A DNA stretch of 64,000 bases from Lysobacterales bacterium (GTDB taxonomy: Bacteria; Pseudomonadota; Gammaproteobacteria; Xanthomonadales; Xanthomonadaceae): assembly GCA_038241735.1 (NCBI GenBank), contig JBBSST010000012.1, positions 9,098 through 73,097 of the forward strand, written 5' to 3'. Position 1 is the first letter of the stretch, and each line of letters starts with the position of its first letter. The translations under genes were made by a program, and so were the position numbers. The notes under the pieces were generated by a model. It saw nothing but the letters and a program-made list of their open reading frames with translations, made no database searches and was not told where the DNA came from. Shown in pieces: positions 17,531-26,926 of this stretch.

Positions 17531-17559
17531 AAAAAGCCGGCTTAGCTGCCGGCTTTCTT
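17531..17559. terminator. bidirectional intrinsic terminator between convergent selO and the Lys-rich small ORF
   Basis: AAAAAGCCGGC-TTAGCT-GCCGGCTTTCTT. The 7-bp stem is AGCCGGC/GCCGGCT, flanked by an A-run and a T-run. The loop contains the small ORF's stop codon. Confidence 0.7.
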
Positions 17560-17643
17560 GTCTTTCTTGGCGGCGCGCTTTTCCTTCAGCGTCTTCTCGG
17601 GCTTCTTCTTGTCTTCTTTCTTCTTGTCCAGACTCTTGGCCAT
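17542..17643 (-). CDS. 33-aa lysine-rich small protein (MAKSLDKKKEDKKKPEKTLKEKRAAKKDKKAGS)
   Basis: Below the ORF-track cutoff. ATG 17643 is preceded by GGAG with a 6-nt spacer (GCGGAGACCATCATG). The stop is embedded in the terminator hairpin. Confidence 0.55.
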   Translation of the reverse strand: MAKSLDKKKEDKKKPEKTLKEKRAAKKDKKAGS

Positions 17644-17736
17644 GATGGTCTCCGCAGGTGATGGGGCAACGGCCAATGTACTGCGGGTTGCCGCTGTCGC
17701 ATAGGGGGTGGCGCGGCATGCCGTTAAACTATGCGC

Positions 17737-19629
17737 ATGTCCCTGATCACACTCAATGCCGTCGACTACAGTGTCGGTGGCCCATTACTGCTCGAACGCG
17801 TCGACCTGTCCATCGAGACCGGCGAGCGGATCGCCCTGATTGGTCGCAACGGCGCGGGTAAATCCACCTTGCTGCGGCTGCTGTCGGCCGACCTGAAGCC
17901 CGATGACGGTGAAGTCCGCCGCGAGGGTGGCGTGCGAGTGGCGCGTCTGGAGCAGGAAGTGCCGCTGGGCACCGAGGGCAGCGTGTTCGACGTGGTCGCC
18001 GACGGGCTCGGTGACCTCGGTGCGACGCTGGCCGAATACCACCGCCTGACCCATGCCGAGGTGTTCGACGGCGACGCGCTGGCCAAGGTGCAGGCGCGGA
18101 TCGAGCAGGCCGATGGCTGGGCGGCCGACCAGCGCGTCGTCGAAACCCTGACGCGGCTGGACCTGGACGGCGACATGGCCTTTGCCAGCCTGTCGGGCGG
18201 CATGAAGCGGCGCGTGCTGCTGGCCCGCTCGCTGGTGTCCGCGCCGGACGTGCTGCTCCTGGACGAACCCACCAACCACCTCGACATCGCCGCGATCGAC
18301 TGGCTGGAAGGCTTCCTGAAAGGCTGGGCGGGCGCGCTTGTGTTCATCACCCATGACCGTCGATTCCTGCGCCAATTGGCCACGCGGATCGTCGAGATCG
18401 ACCGTGGACAGGTCACCAGCTGGCCCGGCGACTGGGACAACTACCTGCGCCGCAAGGAAGAACGGCTGAATGCCGAGGCGCAGGAGAATGCGCGTTTCGA
18501 CAAGCTTCTGGCCCAGGAAGAGGTGTGGATCCGGCAGGGCATCAAGGCCCGGCGTACCCGCGACGAGGGTCGCGTGCGACGGCTGGAGGCGATGCGCAAC
18601 GAGCGCACGGCGCGGCGCGAGCTGACCGGCAACGTGCGCATGGATACCGCGCAGGCCGGCGCCTCGGGCAAGAAGGTCATCGAGGCCAAGCATGTCGATT
18701 TCGATTTTGGCGGCAAGCCGCTGCTGCGCGATTTTTCGACCACGATCATGCGCGGCGATCGCATTGGCCTGATCGGCCCCAACGGCAGCGGCAAGACCAC
18801 CCTGCTGAAATTGCTCCTGGGCGAGCTGCAGCCGCTGGCTGGCGAGATCCGCATCGGCACGCAGTTGCAGGTGGCGTATTTCGACCAGTACCGCGCGACC
18901 TTGCGCGAGGACTGGAACGCACTGGAAAACGTCGCCGAAGGCCTGGAGTTTGTTGAAGTCGGTGGCAAGCGCAAGCACGTCATCGGTTACCTGCAGGACT
19001 TCCTGTTCACCCCGGAGCGCGCCCGCGCGCCGATCACGCGCTTGTCCGGTGGCGAGCGCAACCGGCTACTGCTGGCAAAACTGTTCGCCCAGCCCTCCAA
19101 CCTGCTGGTGATGGACGAACCGACCAACGACCTGGATGTGGAGACCCTGGAGCTGTTGGAGGAATTGCTTGCCGACTATCCCGGCACCTTGTTGCTGGTC
19201 AGCCACGATCGCGATTTCCTCGACAACGTGGTCACCTCCACGCTGGTGATGGACGATGGCGTTGAGCCTGGCCAGGTCGGTGACTACGTGGGTGGCTACA
19301 CCGACTGGTTGCGGCAGCGGGCGCGTGCAACGGCGACGGCTGCAAGCGTGGCCAGTGCGTCTTCGCCATCGCCGGCGGTCGTGCCCAAGATGGCAGCGGT
19401 GCCCAGGCGCAAACTGAGCTACAAGGACACCCGCGACCTGGAGCAACTGCCGGTGCGCATCGAGGAATTGGAAGCGCGCGTCGCCCAATTGACCGCCGCG
19501 ATGAATGCCCCGGCGTTCTACCAGCGCGAAATGGCGGCCATCAACATCGACAATGCGGCGCTCGCCGAAGCGCAATCGGGCCTGGAAGCGGCCTATGCGC
19601 GCTGGGAATCGCTGGAAAGCGAAACCTGA
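17737..19629 (+). CDS. uup: ABC-F family ATPase Uup
   Basis: Two ABC cassettes (GRNGAGKSTLL and GPNGSGKTTLL, LSGGMKRR and LSGGERNR) and a C-terminal coiled coil. MSLITL aligns with the E. coli Uup N-terminus. ATG 17731 is an alternative start. Confidence 0.9.
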   Translation: MSLITLNAVDYSVGGPLLLERVDLSIETGERIALIGRNGAGKSTLLRLLSADLKPDDGEVRREGGVRVARLEQEVPLGTEGSVFDVVADGLGDLGATLAEYHRLTHAEVFDGDALAKVQARIEQADGWAADQRVVETLTRLDLDGDMAFASLSGGMKRRVLLARSLVSAPDVLLLDEPTNHLDIAAIDWLEGFLKGWAGALVFITHDRRFLRQLATRIVEIDRGQVTSWPGDWDNYLRRKEERLNAEAQENARFDKLLAQEEVWIRQGIKARRTRDEGRVRRLEAMRNERTARRELTGNVRMDTAQAGASGKKVIEAKHVDFDFGGKPLLRDFSTTIMRGDRIGLIGPNGSGKTTLLKLLLGELQPLAGEIRIGTQLQVAYFDQYRATLREDWNALENVAEGLEFVEVGGKRKHVIGYLQDFLFTPERARAPITRLSGGERNRLLLAKLFAQPSNLLVMDEPTNDLDVETLELLEELLADYPGTLLLVSHDRDFLDNVVTSTLVMDDGVEPGQVGDYVGGYTDWLRQRARATATAASVASASSPSPAVVPKMAAVPRRKLSYKDTRDLEQLPVRIEELEARVAQLTAAMNAPAFYQREMAAINIDNAALAEAQSGLEAAYARWESLESET

Positions 19630-19715
19630 CCCGTGCTGTCCTGGAAGACAACGACGGGACCGGCCAACGCGACGCCTGCGGGTTTTCCGACGGCGTACCG
19701 CATGGGGATGTGGGC

Positions 19716-20387
19716 ATGACCACCGTCCACCATCTCGATAATTCCCGTTCGCAGCGCGTGCTGTGGTTGCTGGAGGAGCTGGGCGTCGATTACGACATCG
19801 TGCAATACAAGCGCGATCCGAAGACGATGCTGGCGCCGCCGGAACTGCGCGCCATCCATCCGCTGGGCAAGTCGCCGGTGGTGGTGGACCGCGGCGACGT
19901 GCTGGCCGAGTCCGGCGCGATCATCGAAACCCTGGTCGAACGCCATGACGTCGCGTGCGTCCTGGCGCCCCCGCCCGGCAGTCCGGAGCGGCTGCGCTGG
20001 CGTTATTGGCTGCATTACGCCGAAGGCTCGGCGATGCCACCGTTGCTGATGAGCCTGGTGTTTTCCCGCATCGGCACGACGCCGATGCCGTTTTTTGCAC
20101 GGCCGGTGGCGCGTGGCATCATCAACAAGGTGATGGCCGGTTTCATCAACCCGCAGTTGAAACTGCATGCCGGGTATCTTGAGGCCGAGCTGGCCAAAAA
20201 CGATTGGTTTGCCGGCGCGACGTTCAGCGCGGCCGACATCCAGATGAGCTTTCCCGTCGAGGCACTATCGGCCCGACTCGGGCTTGCCCGATATCCGCAC
20301 CTGCAGGCCTGGCTTGAACGCATCCACGCCAGACCCGGCTACCGGCGGGCGCTGGAGCGCGGCGGCCCGTACGCACTGATGCGCTGA
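19716..20387 (+). CDS. glutathione S-transferase family protein
   Basis: N-terminal thioredoxin-like domain (SQRVLWLLEELGVDYDIV...HPLGKSPVV) and a GST C-terminal domain. ATG 19716 is preferred over GTG 19710. Confidence 0.85.
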   Translation: MTTVHHLDNSRSQRVLWLLEELGVDYDIVQYKRDPKTMLAPPELRAIHPLGKSPVVVDRGDVLAESGAIIETLVERHDVACVLAPPPGSPERLRWRYWLHYAEGSAMPPLLMSLVFSRIGTTPMPFFARPVARGIINKVMAGFINPQLKLHAGYLEAELAKNDWFAGATFSAADIQMSFPVEALSARLGLARYPHLQAWLERIHARPGYRRALERGGPYALMR

Positions 20388-20540
20388 CGCGTGGTGCCAG
20401 CCAGCGCAGGGCCCGGTCGAAGCCATGGCGCGGGACTGGAAGTACGCCAGCGTTCGTGACGCAGGGCCACGTTGCCCTGGCTGCGGGTCTGTATGCTGGG
20501 GTGCTTGAACCACGCACAGCACAAGGCCACCGATCGCGAC

Positions 20541-21590
20541 ATGGTTTTCCTGGAATCCGACTCGTCCCCGTCCCGCGACCGGCGATTCGTCGACCGCATG
20601 CGCCAGATGCGCGTCCTGGGCCTGGGCTTGGGAGCGCTGTCGATCGCGTCGGTGCTGTACGAAACCGCGGCGCCAGCGGCGATCTGGGTGGCGCTGTTGT
20701 TCAACGGATTTATCTGGCCACACCTGGCCTGGTGGATGGCGCGGCGCAGCGGCGATCCGAAACGCAGCGAATTCCGCAACCTGGTCGTCGACTCCGCGCT
20801 CGGCGGCATCTGGCTGGCAGTCATGCAGTTCAACCTGGTGCCCAGTGCGCTGCTGATCACCATGTTGTCGATCGACAAGATCGGCGTGGCCGGCTGGCCA
20901 TTCCTGGCGCGCACCGCGCTCGCAATGGGGATGGCCTGCGTGGTGGCTTCAGCCCTGCTCGGCTTCCCGGTGCAACTGCACAGCAGCATGCTGAACGTCG
21001 TTGCCTCGCTGCCCTTGATGCTGGGCTTTCCGCTGGCGCTGAGTACGGTTGCCTCCGCACTTGGCCGTCGTGTTGCGCGGCAGAACCGCATGCTGGAACG
21101 GCTCAATCGGATCGACGTGCTGACCGGGCTGCCCAACCGCAGGCACTGGGAGGAGGCGGCCGGCAATGAGCTGGCCCGTTACCAGCGCACGCGCCGCCCG
21201 GCGGTAGTGATGCTGATCGACATCGACAACTTCAAGGAGGTCAACGACAACCACGGCCATGCCATGGGTGACGAGGTGCTGCGTTGCGTGGCCAGCGTGT
21301 TGCGCCATGCCATCCGCGACATCGACACCCCGTCGCGCTACGGCGGCGACGAGTTTGCGGTGTTGCTGGCTGAAACCAACGTCAATGGAGCGCGCGACGT
21401 GGCCGAGCGCATCCGCATTGATTTCATCGACAAGCGCGGACCTGCGGCGGCCGAACAGTTGTGCACCCTGAGCATCGGCCTTGCCGATGCCAATCGCCTG
21501 ATGATCTCCGTGGAGGACTGGATGCAGCGCGCGGATGCGTCGATGTACCGGGCCAAGGCGGCGGGGCGGGATCGCGTTGATATCGCCTGA
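20541..21590 (+). CDS. AdrA/DgcC-like diguanylate cyclase (MASE2 membrane domain + GGDEF)
   Basis: WPHLAWWMARRSGDPKRSEFRNL...NLVPSALL parallels the E. coli AdrA MASE2 domain. GGDEF site with an RxxD I-site (RDIDTPSRYGGDEF). Start chosen at ATG 20541. Confidence 0.85.
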   Translation: MVFLESDSSPSRDRRFVDRMRQMRVLGLGLGALSIASVLYETAAPAAIWVALLFNGFIWPHLAWWMARRSGDPKRSEFRNLVVDSALGGIWLAVMQFNLVPSALLITMLSIDKIGVAGWPFLARTALAMGMACVVASALLGFPVQLHSSMLNVVASLPLMLGFPLALSTVASALGRRVARQNRMLERLNRIDVLTGLPNRRHWEEAAGNELARYQRTRRPAVVMLIDIDNFKEVNDNHGHAMGDEVLRCVASVLRHAIRDIDTPSRYGGDEFAVLLAETNVNGARDVAERIRIDFIDKRGPAAAEQLCTLSIGLADANRLMISVEDWMQRADASMYRAKAAGRDRVDIA

Positions 21591-21679
21591 GTAGCGGCCT
21601 GCGCAGGCGCGCCAAGCTTGCCCGACCACGCGTCCGGATGCGCGCCACGGCCGACGTCCGTCGCCGCAACGGCGGGCAT

Positions 21680-23455
21680 TCAATCGGGCTCGTGGGCGGT
21701 ACGCATCACCGGATACAGGTTGTACTGCTCGTCCCAGGACGAATGCCTGCGCGCGAAGAAGTCCAGCCGCGCTTCGGGACTTTTGGCGAAGTCGGGGTCG
21801 TCGCTCAGGCGCTGCTTGAATTGCGCCTGCAGCCCGGGGGTATTTGCCAGCATCGCGCGCGCGACGTCCTCGGCGACATAGGCTTCCATGTATTCCTTGC
21901 GCTCGAACGCATTATTGAATTCGCCCCATTGGACGTACGCGTCGGGTGCCAGGGGTTCCAGCAACCCCATCAACAGGCGTGCGCCGGGCTGGGCGATCGG
22001 CACGAACAGGCTGCCCACCGGGATGTCGCGCGTTTCCGGCGCCCACTGGCCTTTCAGTGCCAGGCGTTGGTGGCCTTCGAAAGAAGTTGCAGTCAACGTG
22101 GTCTCGCTGGCGCGAAAGGTCTCGACGCGGGCGTTGGGCAAGGCCTGCGCGATCGTCCGGTAGGCAATGCCGTGGGTCTTGAGCTTCTGTGCGATCGCTG
22201 CGGCATACGCGGCGGGGATCAGATAGCCGCCCCTGGGCGCGATCACAGTGACGCTGGGCAGGATCTCGTCGTGCAAGGGCAGGGTCCAGACCTGCGGCGT
22301 GGTTTCGTCGTAGTGCGTCATCAGGGCACCGGAGATCTCCGAGGGCGTGCGTGTGTATGCGTAGCCGCGGAAGTCGATCATGCGGACCTTGGCGCTGGCC
22401 GCGTAAGCCAGGGCCACCGCCTGGCCGCCGAGTTTCGCCGAGCGCGCATCGGCGGCGTCGGCCAGCTTGAGCCAGCGGCCGCCATCGCGCGCAGTCAGTT
22501 CAAGCAGGTCGACGATGGTGTTGCGGGTGCTGCGCACGCGGGTCGGGTAATCCTTCCACGAATGCGTTTCGACCAGCATGCCGAAGCGGTTGCGCAGCTG
22601 GAAATACCCATGCGAGAAACGCGGCGTCGGCACGCCGTCGGAAAACCCCGAGGCCGGGTTGTCGTTTTCGATGAAAGAGGGATAGAACGCCAGCGGCAGC
22701 GAGCCCTGGCGGGCGAGCATGGCGACGGTGTCGTCGCGCAACGCGCGCCCGGCCTTGCGCAGGCCGGCGTCGCCGGCGTTGACCGGCTCGACCTGGATCG
22801 AGATGTCGTGTTCGAACTTGGCGCCGTCGGTGACGTGCAGGTCGACGTAGGCAATTGGGTCCCATGCATTTACCAAGACCAACATTGCCTGCATTTCCGG
22901 CGCGTCGGCCTTCATGTAATCGCGGTTGAGGTTGTAGTTCTGCGCGGTGGTGCGCCAACCCATTTGCTCCGGGCCGCGCTGGTTGGGGCGGTTCCACGGG
23001 CCAAATCGCTCGTGGCCATCGATGTTGAACACCGGCACGAACACCAGCACGATCTTTTCCAGGGCGCCGACGGCCGCCGTGCCATCGAGCACCTGGCGCA
23101 GCGCCAGCAGTCCCGCATCCTTGCCGTCGATCTCACCCGAATGGATGCCGCCCTGGATCAGCAGTACCGGCAACCCCCGGTCGTGCGCGGCTTGCGCCGT
23201 CAGCGCGCCGCTGCGCGAGGCAATCAACGCCTTCATCGGCCGGCCTTCGGGTGTGGTGCCGAAATCAATGCAACGCACGGCGTCGGGGTAGCGTTGCGCG
23301 AACGCGGTACACAGCGCGATGACTTCGTCGTAACGACCGGTCTTCAAGAAGCCGGAGCGCTCCGACACCGTGGTGAGCGCAGCCTCGGCGGCCAAGGCCT
23401 GCAGCGGTTGCGCGAGAAGGGAAAGCAGCAGGGCCATGTGCAGCGGACGGATCAT
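21680..23455 (-). CDS. secreted M14-family zinc carboxypeptidase
   Basis: Signal peptide MIRPLHMALLLSLLAQPLQALAA. The GGIHSGEIDG sequence provides the HxxE zinc ligands, and the gene has M14 carboxypeptidase-type organisation. Confidence 0.88.
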   Translation of the reverse strand: MIRPLHMALLLSLLAQPLQALAAEAALTTVSERSGFLKTGRYDEVIALCTAFAQRYPDAVRCIDFGTTPEGRPMKALIASRSGALTAQAAHDRGLPVLLIQGGIHSGEIDGKDAGLLALRQVLDGTAAVGALEKIVLVFVPVFNIDGHERFGPWNRPNQRGPEQMGWRTTAQNYNLNRDYMKADAPEMQAMLVLVNAWDPIAYVDLHVTDGAKFEHDISIQVEPVNAGDAGLRKAGRALRDDTVAMLARQGSLPLAFYPSFIENDNPASGFSDGVPTPRFSHGYFQLRNRFGMLVETHSWKDYPTRVRSTRNTIVDLLELTARDGGRWLKLADAADARSAKLGGQAVALAYAASAKVRMIDFRGYAYTRTPSEISGALMTHYDETTPQVWTLPLHDEILPSVTVIAPRGGYLIPAAYAAAIAQKLKTHGIAYRTIAQALPNARVETFRASETTLTATSFEGHQRLALKGQWAPETRDIPVGSLFVPIAQPGARLLMGLLEPLAPDAYVQWGEFNNAFERKEYMEAYVAEDVARAMLANTPGLQAQFKQRLSDDPDFAKSPEARLDFFARRHSSWDEQYNLYPVMRTAHEPD

Positions 23456-23602
23456 GTCGGTGCCGGGTCGGGAAGGGTCTGCCGATCATGCCCGGAGTAC
23501 CGCCCCAGCCCAAGTGTCGTGAGGCGCCCGCGGTGGCCATTTTGTCGATGGGGCTACACCTGCCTATGATGCGGCGGTCGCGCATCGTCCTGGAGTCCCG
23601 CC

Positions 23603-24235
23603 ATGCATACGCTGTATTACTCGCCCGGTGCCGCCAGCATGGCCGTGCACTGGTTACTGATCGAGCTGGGCATCACGCACCGGCTGGAATTGGTTGATTT
23701 CGACAGCCGAGCGCAGAAAAGCCCGGAATACCTTGCCCTCAACCCCAACGGCGTGGTGCCGACCCTGCTCATCGATGGCATCGCCCATTACGAGGGCGCT
23801 GCGCTGTTGATGCACCTGGCCGAGAGCCATCCACACGCGCAGCTGGCGCCCGTCGTCGGCCATCCGGATCGCCTCGATTACCTGCAATGGATGTTCAACC
23901 TGGCCAATGCCGTGCAGCCGGTGTTCCGGCTGTGGTGGTATCCGCACGAGCCGGCGGGCGAGGGCCATGAAGATGCGGTGCACGAAGCCACCTGCGCACG
24001 GATCGAGGCGGCTTGGGAACGCATCGACGTGCACCTGGCGAAGTGCGGCCCCTACCTGCTGGGCGATAGCCCCAGCGTGGCGGATTTTTATCTGGTCATG
24101 CTGATGCGCTGGTCGCGCAACATGCCAAAGCCCGCCACGGCCTGGCCACGGTTGGCCATGCTGGCGCAGCAAATGAAGGCGCGGGCGTCGTTTGCCGAGC
24201 TCTACGAGCGCGAGGGATTGAGCGAATGGGCGTGA
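23603..24235 (+). CDS. glutathione S-transferase
   Basis: 210 aa. MHTLYYSPGAASMAVHWLLIELG...LNPNGVVPTL N-terminal GST fold plus a C-terminal helical domain. Confidence 0.88.
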   Translation: MHTLYYSPGAASMAVHWLLIELGITHRLELVDFDSRAQKSPEYLALNPNGVVPTLLIDGIAHYEGAALLMHLAESHPHAQLAPVVGHPDRLDYLQWMFNLANAVQPVFRLWWYPHEPAGEGHEDAVHEATCARIEAAWERIDVHLAKCGPYLLGDSPSVADFYLVMLMRWSRNMPKPATAWPRLAMLAQQMKARASFAELYEREGLSEWA

Positions 24236-24308
24236 GCGGCAATCGGTTAGGCTTGCGCCTCGCCCTTGCCTGCGCGCCCGCCCCAGGCCAACCAACGGAA
24301 CCCACTGG

Positions 24309-25898
24309 ATGACGATACCCGCAGCCTCCATCGACGCCCCTGCGAAACTGCCACGGCAGATTCCCTACATCATCGGCAACGAGGCCTGTGAGCGCTTCAG
24401 CTTCTACGGGATGCGCAACATCCTGGTGCCGTTCCTGATCAGCAGCGTGTTGATGGCCTACCTGCCGGAGGCCGAGCGCAACGGCGCAGCGAAGGATGTG
24501 TTCCATACCTTCGTCATTGGCGTGTATTTCTTCCCGCTGCTGGGCGGCTGGCTGTCGGACCGGTTTTTCGGCAAGTACAACACCGTGCTCTGGCTGTCGC
24601 TGGTGTACGTCGCCGGCCATGCGTGCCTGGCGTTGTTTGAAGACAACCGCAACGGCTTCTACACGGGTTTGTTCCTGATCGCGCTGGGATCGGGGGGCAT
24701 CAAACCGCTGGTATCGGCTTTCGTCGGCGACCAGTTCGACCGTAGTAACAAGCGGCTGGCGAAGATCGTCTACGACGCGTTTTACTGGACGATCAATTTC
24801 GGTTCGTTCTTCGCCTCGCTGCTGATGCCGATCTTCCTGCGTGAATACGGCCCCGGCATCGCATTCGGGATTCCCGGCGTGCTGATGTTCATCGCCACGG
24901 TGATCTTCTGGTCGGGGCGCAAGAAGTACGTGCATGCGCCGCCGTCGCCGCCCAACCCACATTCGTTCCTGCACGTCGCGCGGACGGCATTGTTCGCGCA
25001 GGTGGATGGGCAGGGTCGGCCTGGCCTGATGGTGTTTGGCATCGGCGTGCTGCTGGCGGCGGCGTCGCTGGCATGGATGATCCGCTCGGACTTCGTGATC
25101 GCGGTGCTGCTGGCGCTGGGCTTGCTGATGGCATTTGGCGGCATCGGTGCTTCGATGCAGCTCGATCGCGCGCGCGGTCGGCATCCGGACCAGTCGGTCG
25201 ACGGCGTGCGGGCGGTGTTGCGCATCCTGATCGTGTTTGCGCTGATCACCCCGTTCTGGTCGCTCTTCGACCAGAAGGCGTCGACGTGGATCATCCAGGG
25301 CAATGCCATGGTGATGCCGCACGAGCAGTGGTGGTGGCCGAGCTGGCTGGTCAAGGCTCCGGCGCAGATGCAGGCGCTCAATCCCCTGCTGGTGATGCTG
25401 CTGATCCCGTTCAACAACCTTGTGCTGTATCCGGCGCTGCGGCGCATGGGTATCGAGGTGACGGCGCTGCGACGGATGGGCGTGGGCATCGTGTTCTCGG
25501 GCCTGGCGTGGATCGTCGCGGGCATGATCCAGCTGTCGATCGACGGCGGCGACGCGGTATCGATCGCCTGGCAGGTCGCGCCTTATGTGTTGCTGACCAT
25601 GGGCGAGGTGCTGGTTTCGGCCACGGGCCTGGAGTTTGCCTACAGCCAGGCGCCACAGCCGATGAAGGGCACGATCATGAGTTTCTGGCTGCTGTCGGTG
25701 TCCTACGGCAACCTGTGGGTGCTGATGACCGATGCCGCGGTGCGCAATGACGTGGTGACCGGACAGATCGCCAGCACCGGGCTCACCGAGAATGCATTCC
25801 TGATGTTCTTCTTCGCCGGCTTTGCGTTGGTGACGGCGCTGGTGTTCGCGCTGTACGCCAGGAGTTACCCGATGCAGGACCATTACCGGACCGTCTGA
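24309..25898 (+). CDS. POT/PTR2-family proton-dependent di/tripeptide transporter (MFS)
   Basis: ERFSFYGMRNILVPFL PTR2 signature, FPLLGGWLSDRFFGKY, and about 14 hydrophobic segments. Confidence 0.9.
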   Translation: MTIPAASIDAPAKLPRQIPYIIGNEACERFSFYGMRNILVPFLISSVLMAYLPEAERNGAAKDVFHTFVIGVYFFPLLGGWLSDRFFGKYNTVLWLSLVYVAGHACLALFEDNRNGFYTGLFLIALGSGGIKPLVSAFVGDQFDRSNKRLAKIVYDAFYWTINFGSFFASLLMPIFLREYGPGIAFGIPGVLMFIATVIFWSGRKKYVHAPPSPPNPHSFLHVARTALFAQVDGQGRPGLMVFGIGVLLAAASLAWMIRSDFVIAVLLALGLLMAFGGIGASMQLDRARGRHPDQSVDGVRAVLRILIVFALITPFWSLFDQKASTWIIQGNAMVMPHEQWWWPSWLVKAPAQMQALNPLLVMLLIPFNNLVLYPALRRMGIEVTALRRMGVGIVFSGLAWIVAGMIQLSIDGGDAVSIAWQVAPYVLLTMGEVLVSATGLEFAYSQAPQPMKGTIMSFWLLSVSYGNLWVLMTDAAVRNDVVTGQIASTGLTENAFLMFFFAGFALVTALVFALYARSYPMQDHYRTV

Positions 25899-26518
25899 TG
25901 AGTCTCTCGATCACCGTCATCATCATCGCCGCCACCTGCATCGTCTCGTGGCTGGCGTTCAACAACCGCCAGTTGCTCGATCGCCTGATCCTGTGGCCGC
26001 CGGCCATCGATCGCTACAAACAATACGACCGGCTGGTCACGCATGGCTTCATCCATGCCGACTTCACCCACCTGCTGTTCAACATGGTCACGCTGTTTTT
26101 CTTCAGCCGCGACGTCGAGGCGCTGGTGGTGGAGCGGATCGGCGCGCTCGGGTACGTGTTGTTCTATCTGTCGGCGATCGTGATCGCGATCCTGCCGACC
26201 TACACCCGCCATCGCCACGACGCGCAGTATCGAAGCCTGGGCGCTTCCGGCGCGGTGTCGGCGGTGTTGTTCGCCTCCATCCTGATGGCGCCGTGGACGG
26301 GCATCTACATCTTTTTCATCCCGATCCCGATCCCGGCGATCATCTACGCCGTGCTGTACGTCGGCTACAGCATCTGGATGGACAAGCGTGGCACCGACAA
26401 CATCAACCACAGCGCCCATCTGTGGGGCGCTGCCTATGGCGTGTTATTCGTGTTGGTGATGGAACCGGGGCTGATCGGCCACTTCATGCGCGAACTGGCA
26501 AACCCGCGGTTCGGCTGA
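25898..26518 (+). CDS. rhomboid-family intramembrane serine protease
   Basis: HGFIHADFTHLLFNM, the GASGAVSAVLF catalytic Ser motif, and the HSAHLWGAAYG catalytic His. The ATG shares one nt with the POT gene stop (TGATG). Confidence 0.88.
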   Translation: MSLSITVIIIAATCIVSWLAFNNRQLLDRLILWPPAIDRYKQYDRLVTHGFIHADFTHLLFNMVTLFFFSRDVEALVVERIGALGYVLFYLSAIVIAILPTYTRHRHDAQYRSLGASGAVSAVLFASILMAPWTGIYIFFIPIPIPAIIYAVLYVGYSIWMDKRGTDNINHSAHLWGAAYGVLFVLVMEPGLIGHFMRELANPRFG

Positions 26519-26521
26519 ACC

Positions 26522-26695
26522 TCAAACCGCCGTTTGCGTCCGCATGGTCGCATCTTCATTCACCGCATAGGTTTGCGACAGACTCTCGTAAACCATCGAG
26601 TCAAGCTGGCTGAATTCGCAATTGTCGGTATCACCGCTGCACGCCAGGTCAAACAGGCGGGTGACGGCATCGTGTTCGGTATCAATAGTGGACAT
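26522..26695 (-). CDS. small acidic hypothetical protein (57 aa)
   Basis: Internal ATG at 26695 preceded by GGGGAG. Sequence MSTIDTEHDAVTRLFDLACSGDTDNCEF... GC3 is only moderate (about 60%), so coding status is uncertain. Confidence 0.35.
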   Translation of the reverse strand: MSTIDTEHDAVTRLFDLACSGDTDNCEFSQLDSMVYESLSQTYAVNEDATMRTQTAV

Positions 26696-26926
26696 GGCAT
26701 GGACTCCCCTGGATGACTCAGGGGAAGCAGCAAGCGTGCCAGAGCATTCCGTGATCCAGTTCACATGAAACATGACGCACTGTGTCAGGTGCCAGGTGCG
26801 CGGCGCCGCGCAACGACAGCGGGGGCCGCAACGCGACGCTCACTGGGCGTGAATGTTGGCAGTGCTATCCATGCGGCCGAGACATTGTTGTTGAACGAGT
26901 GATCCCCACCCACTAGCGGAGGCGAC

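Noticed and set aside
19702-19719. 5-codon uORF (MGMWA) whose TGA overlaps the GST start codon (ATGA)
   Set aside because: It is too short to evaluate and lacks an SD. It probably arises by chance from three closely spaced ATG/GTG triplets.
21638-23569. 643-aa plus-strand ORF covering the whole M14 peptidase locus
   Set aside because: It is antisense to a gene with a signal peptide, the HxxE zinc motif and proper GC3 phasing. Its own translation is Arg/Ala/Gly/Val-rich low-information sequence. That is typical of shadow ORFs in GC-rich DNA, where stop codons are rare.
24096-25883. 595-aa minus-strand ORF antisense to the POT transporter
   Set aside because: It is His/Arg/Gln-rich nonsense sequence. 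The plus strand encodes a canonical PTR2-signature permease.
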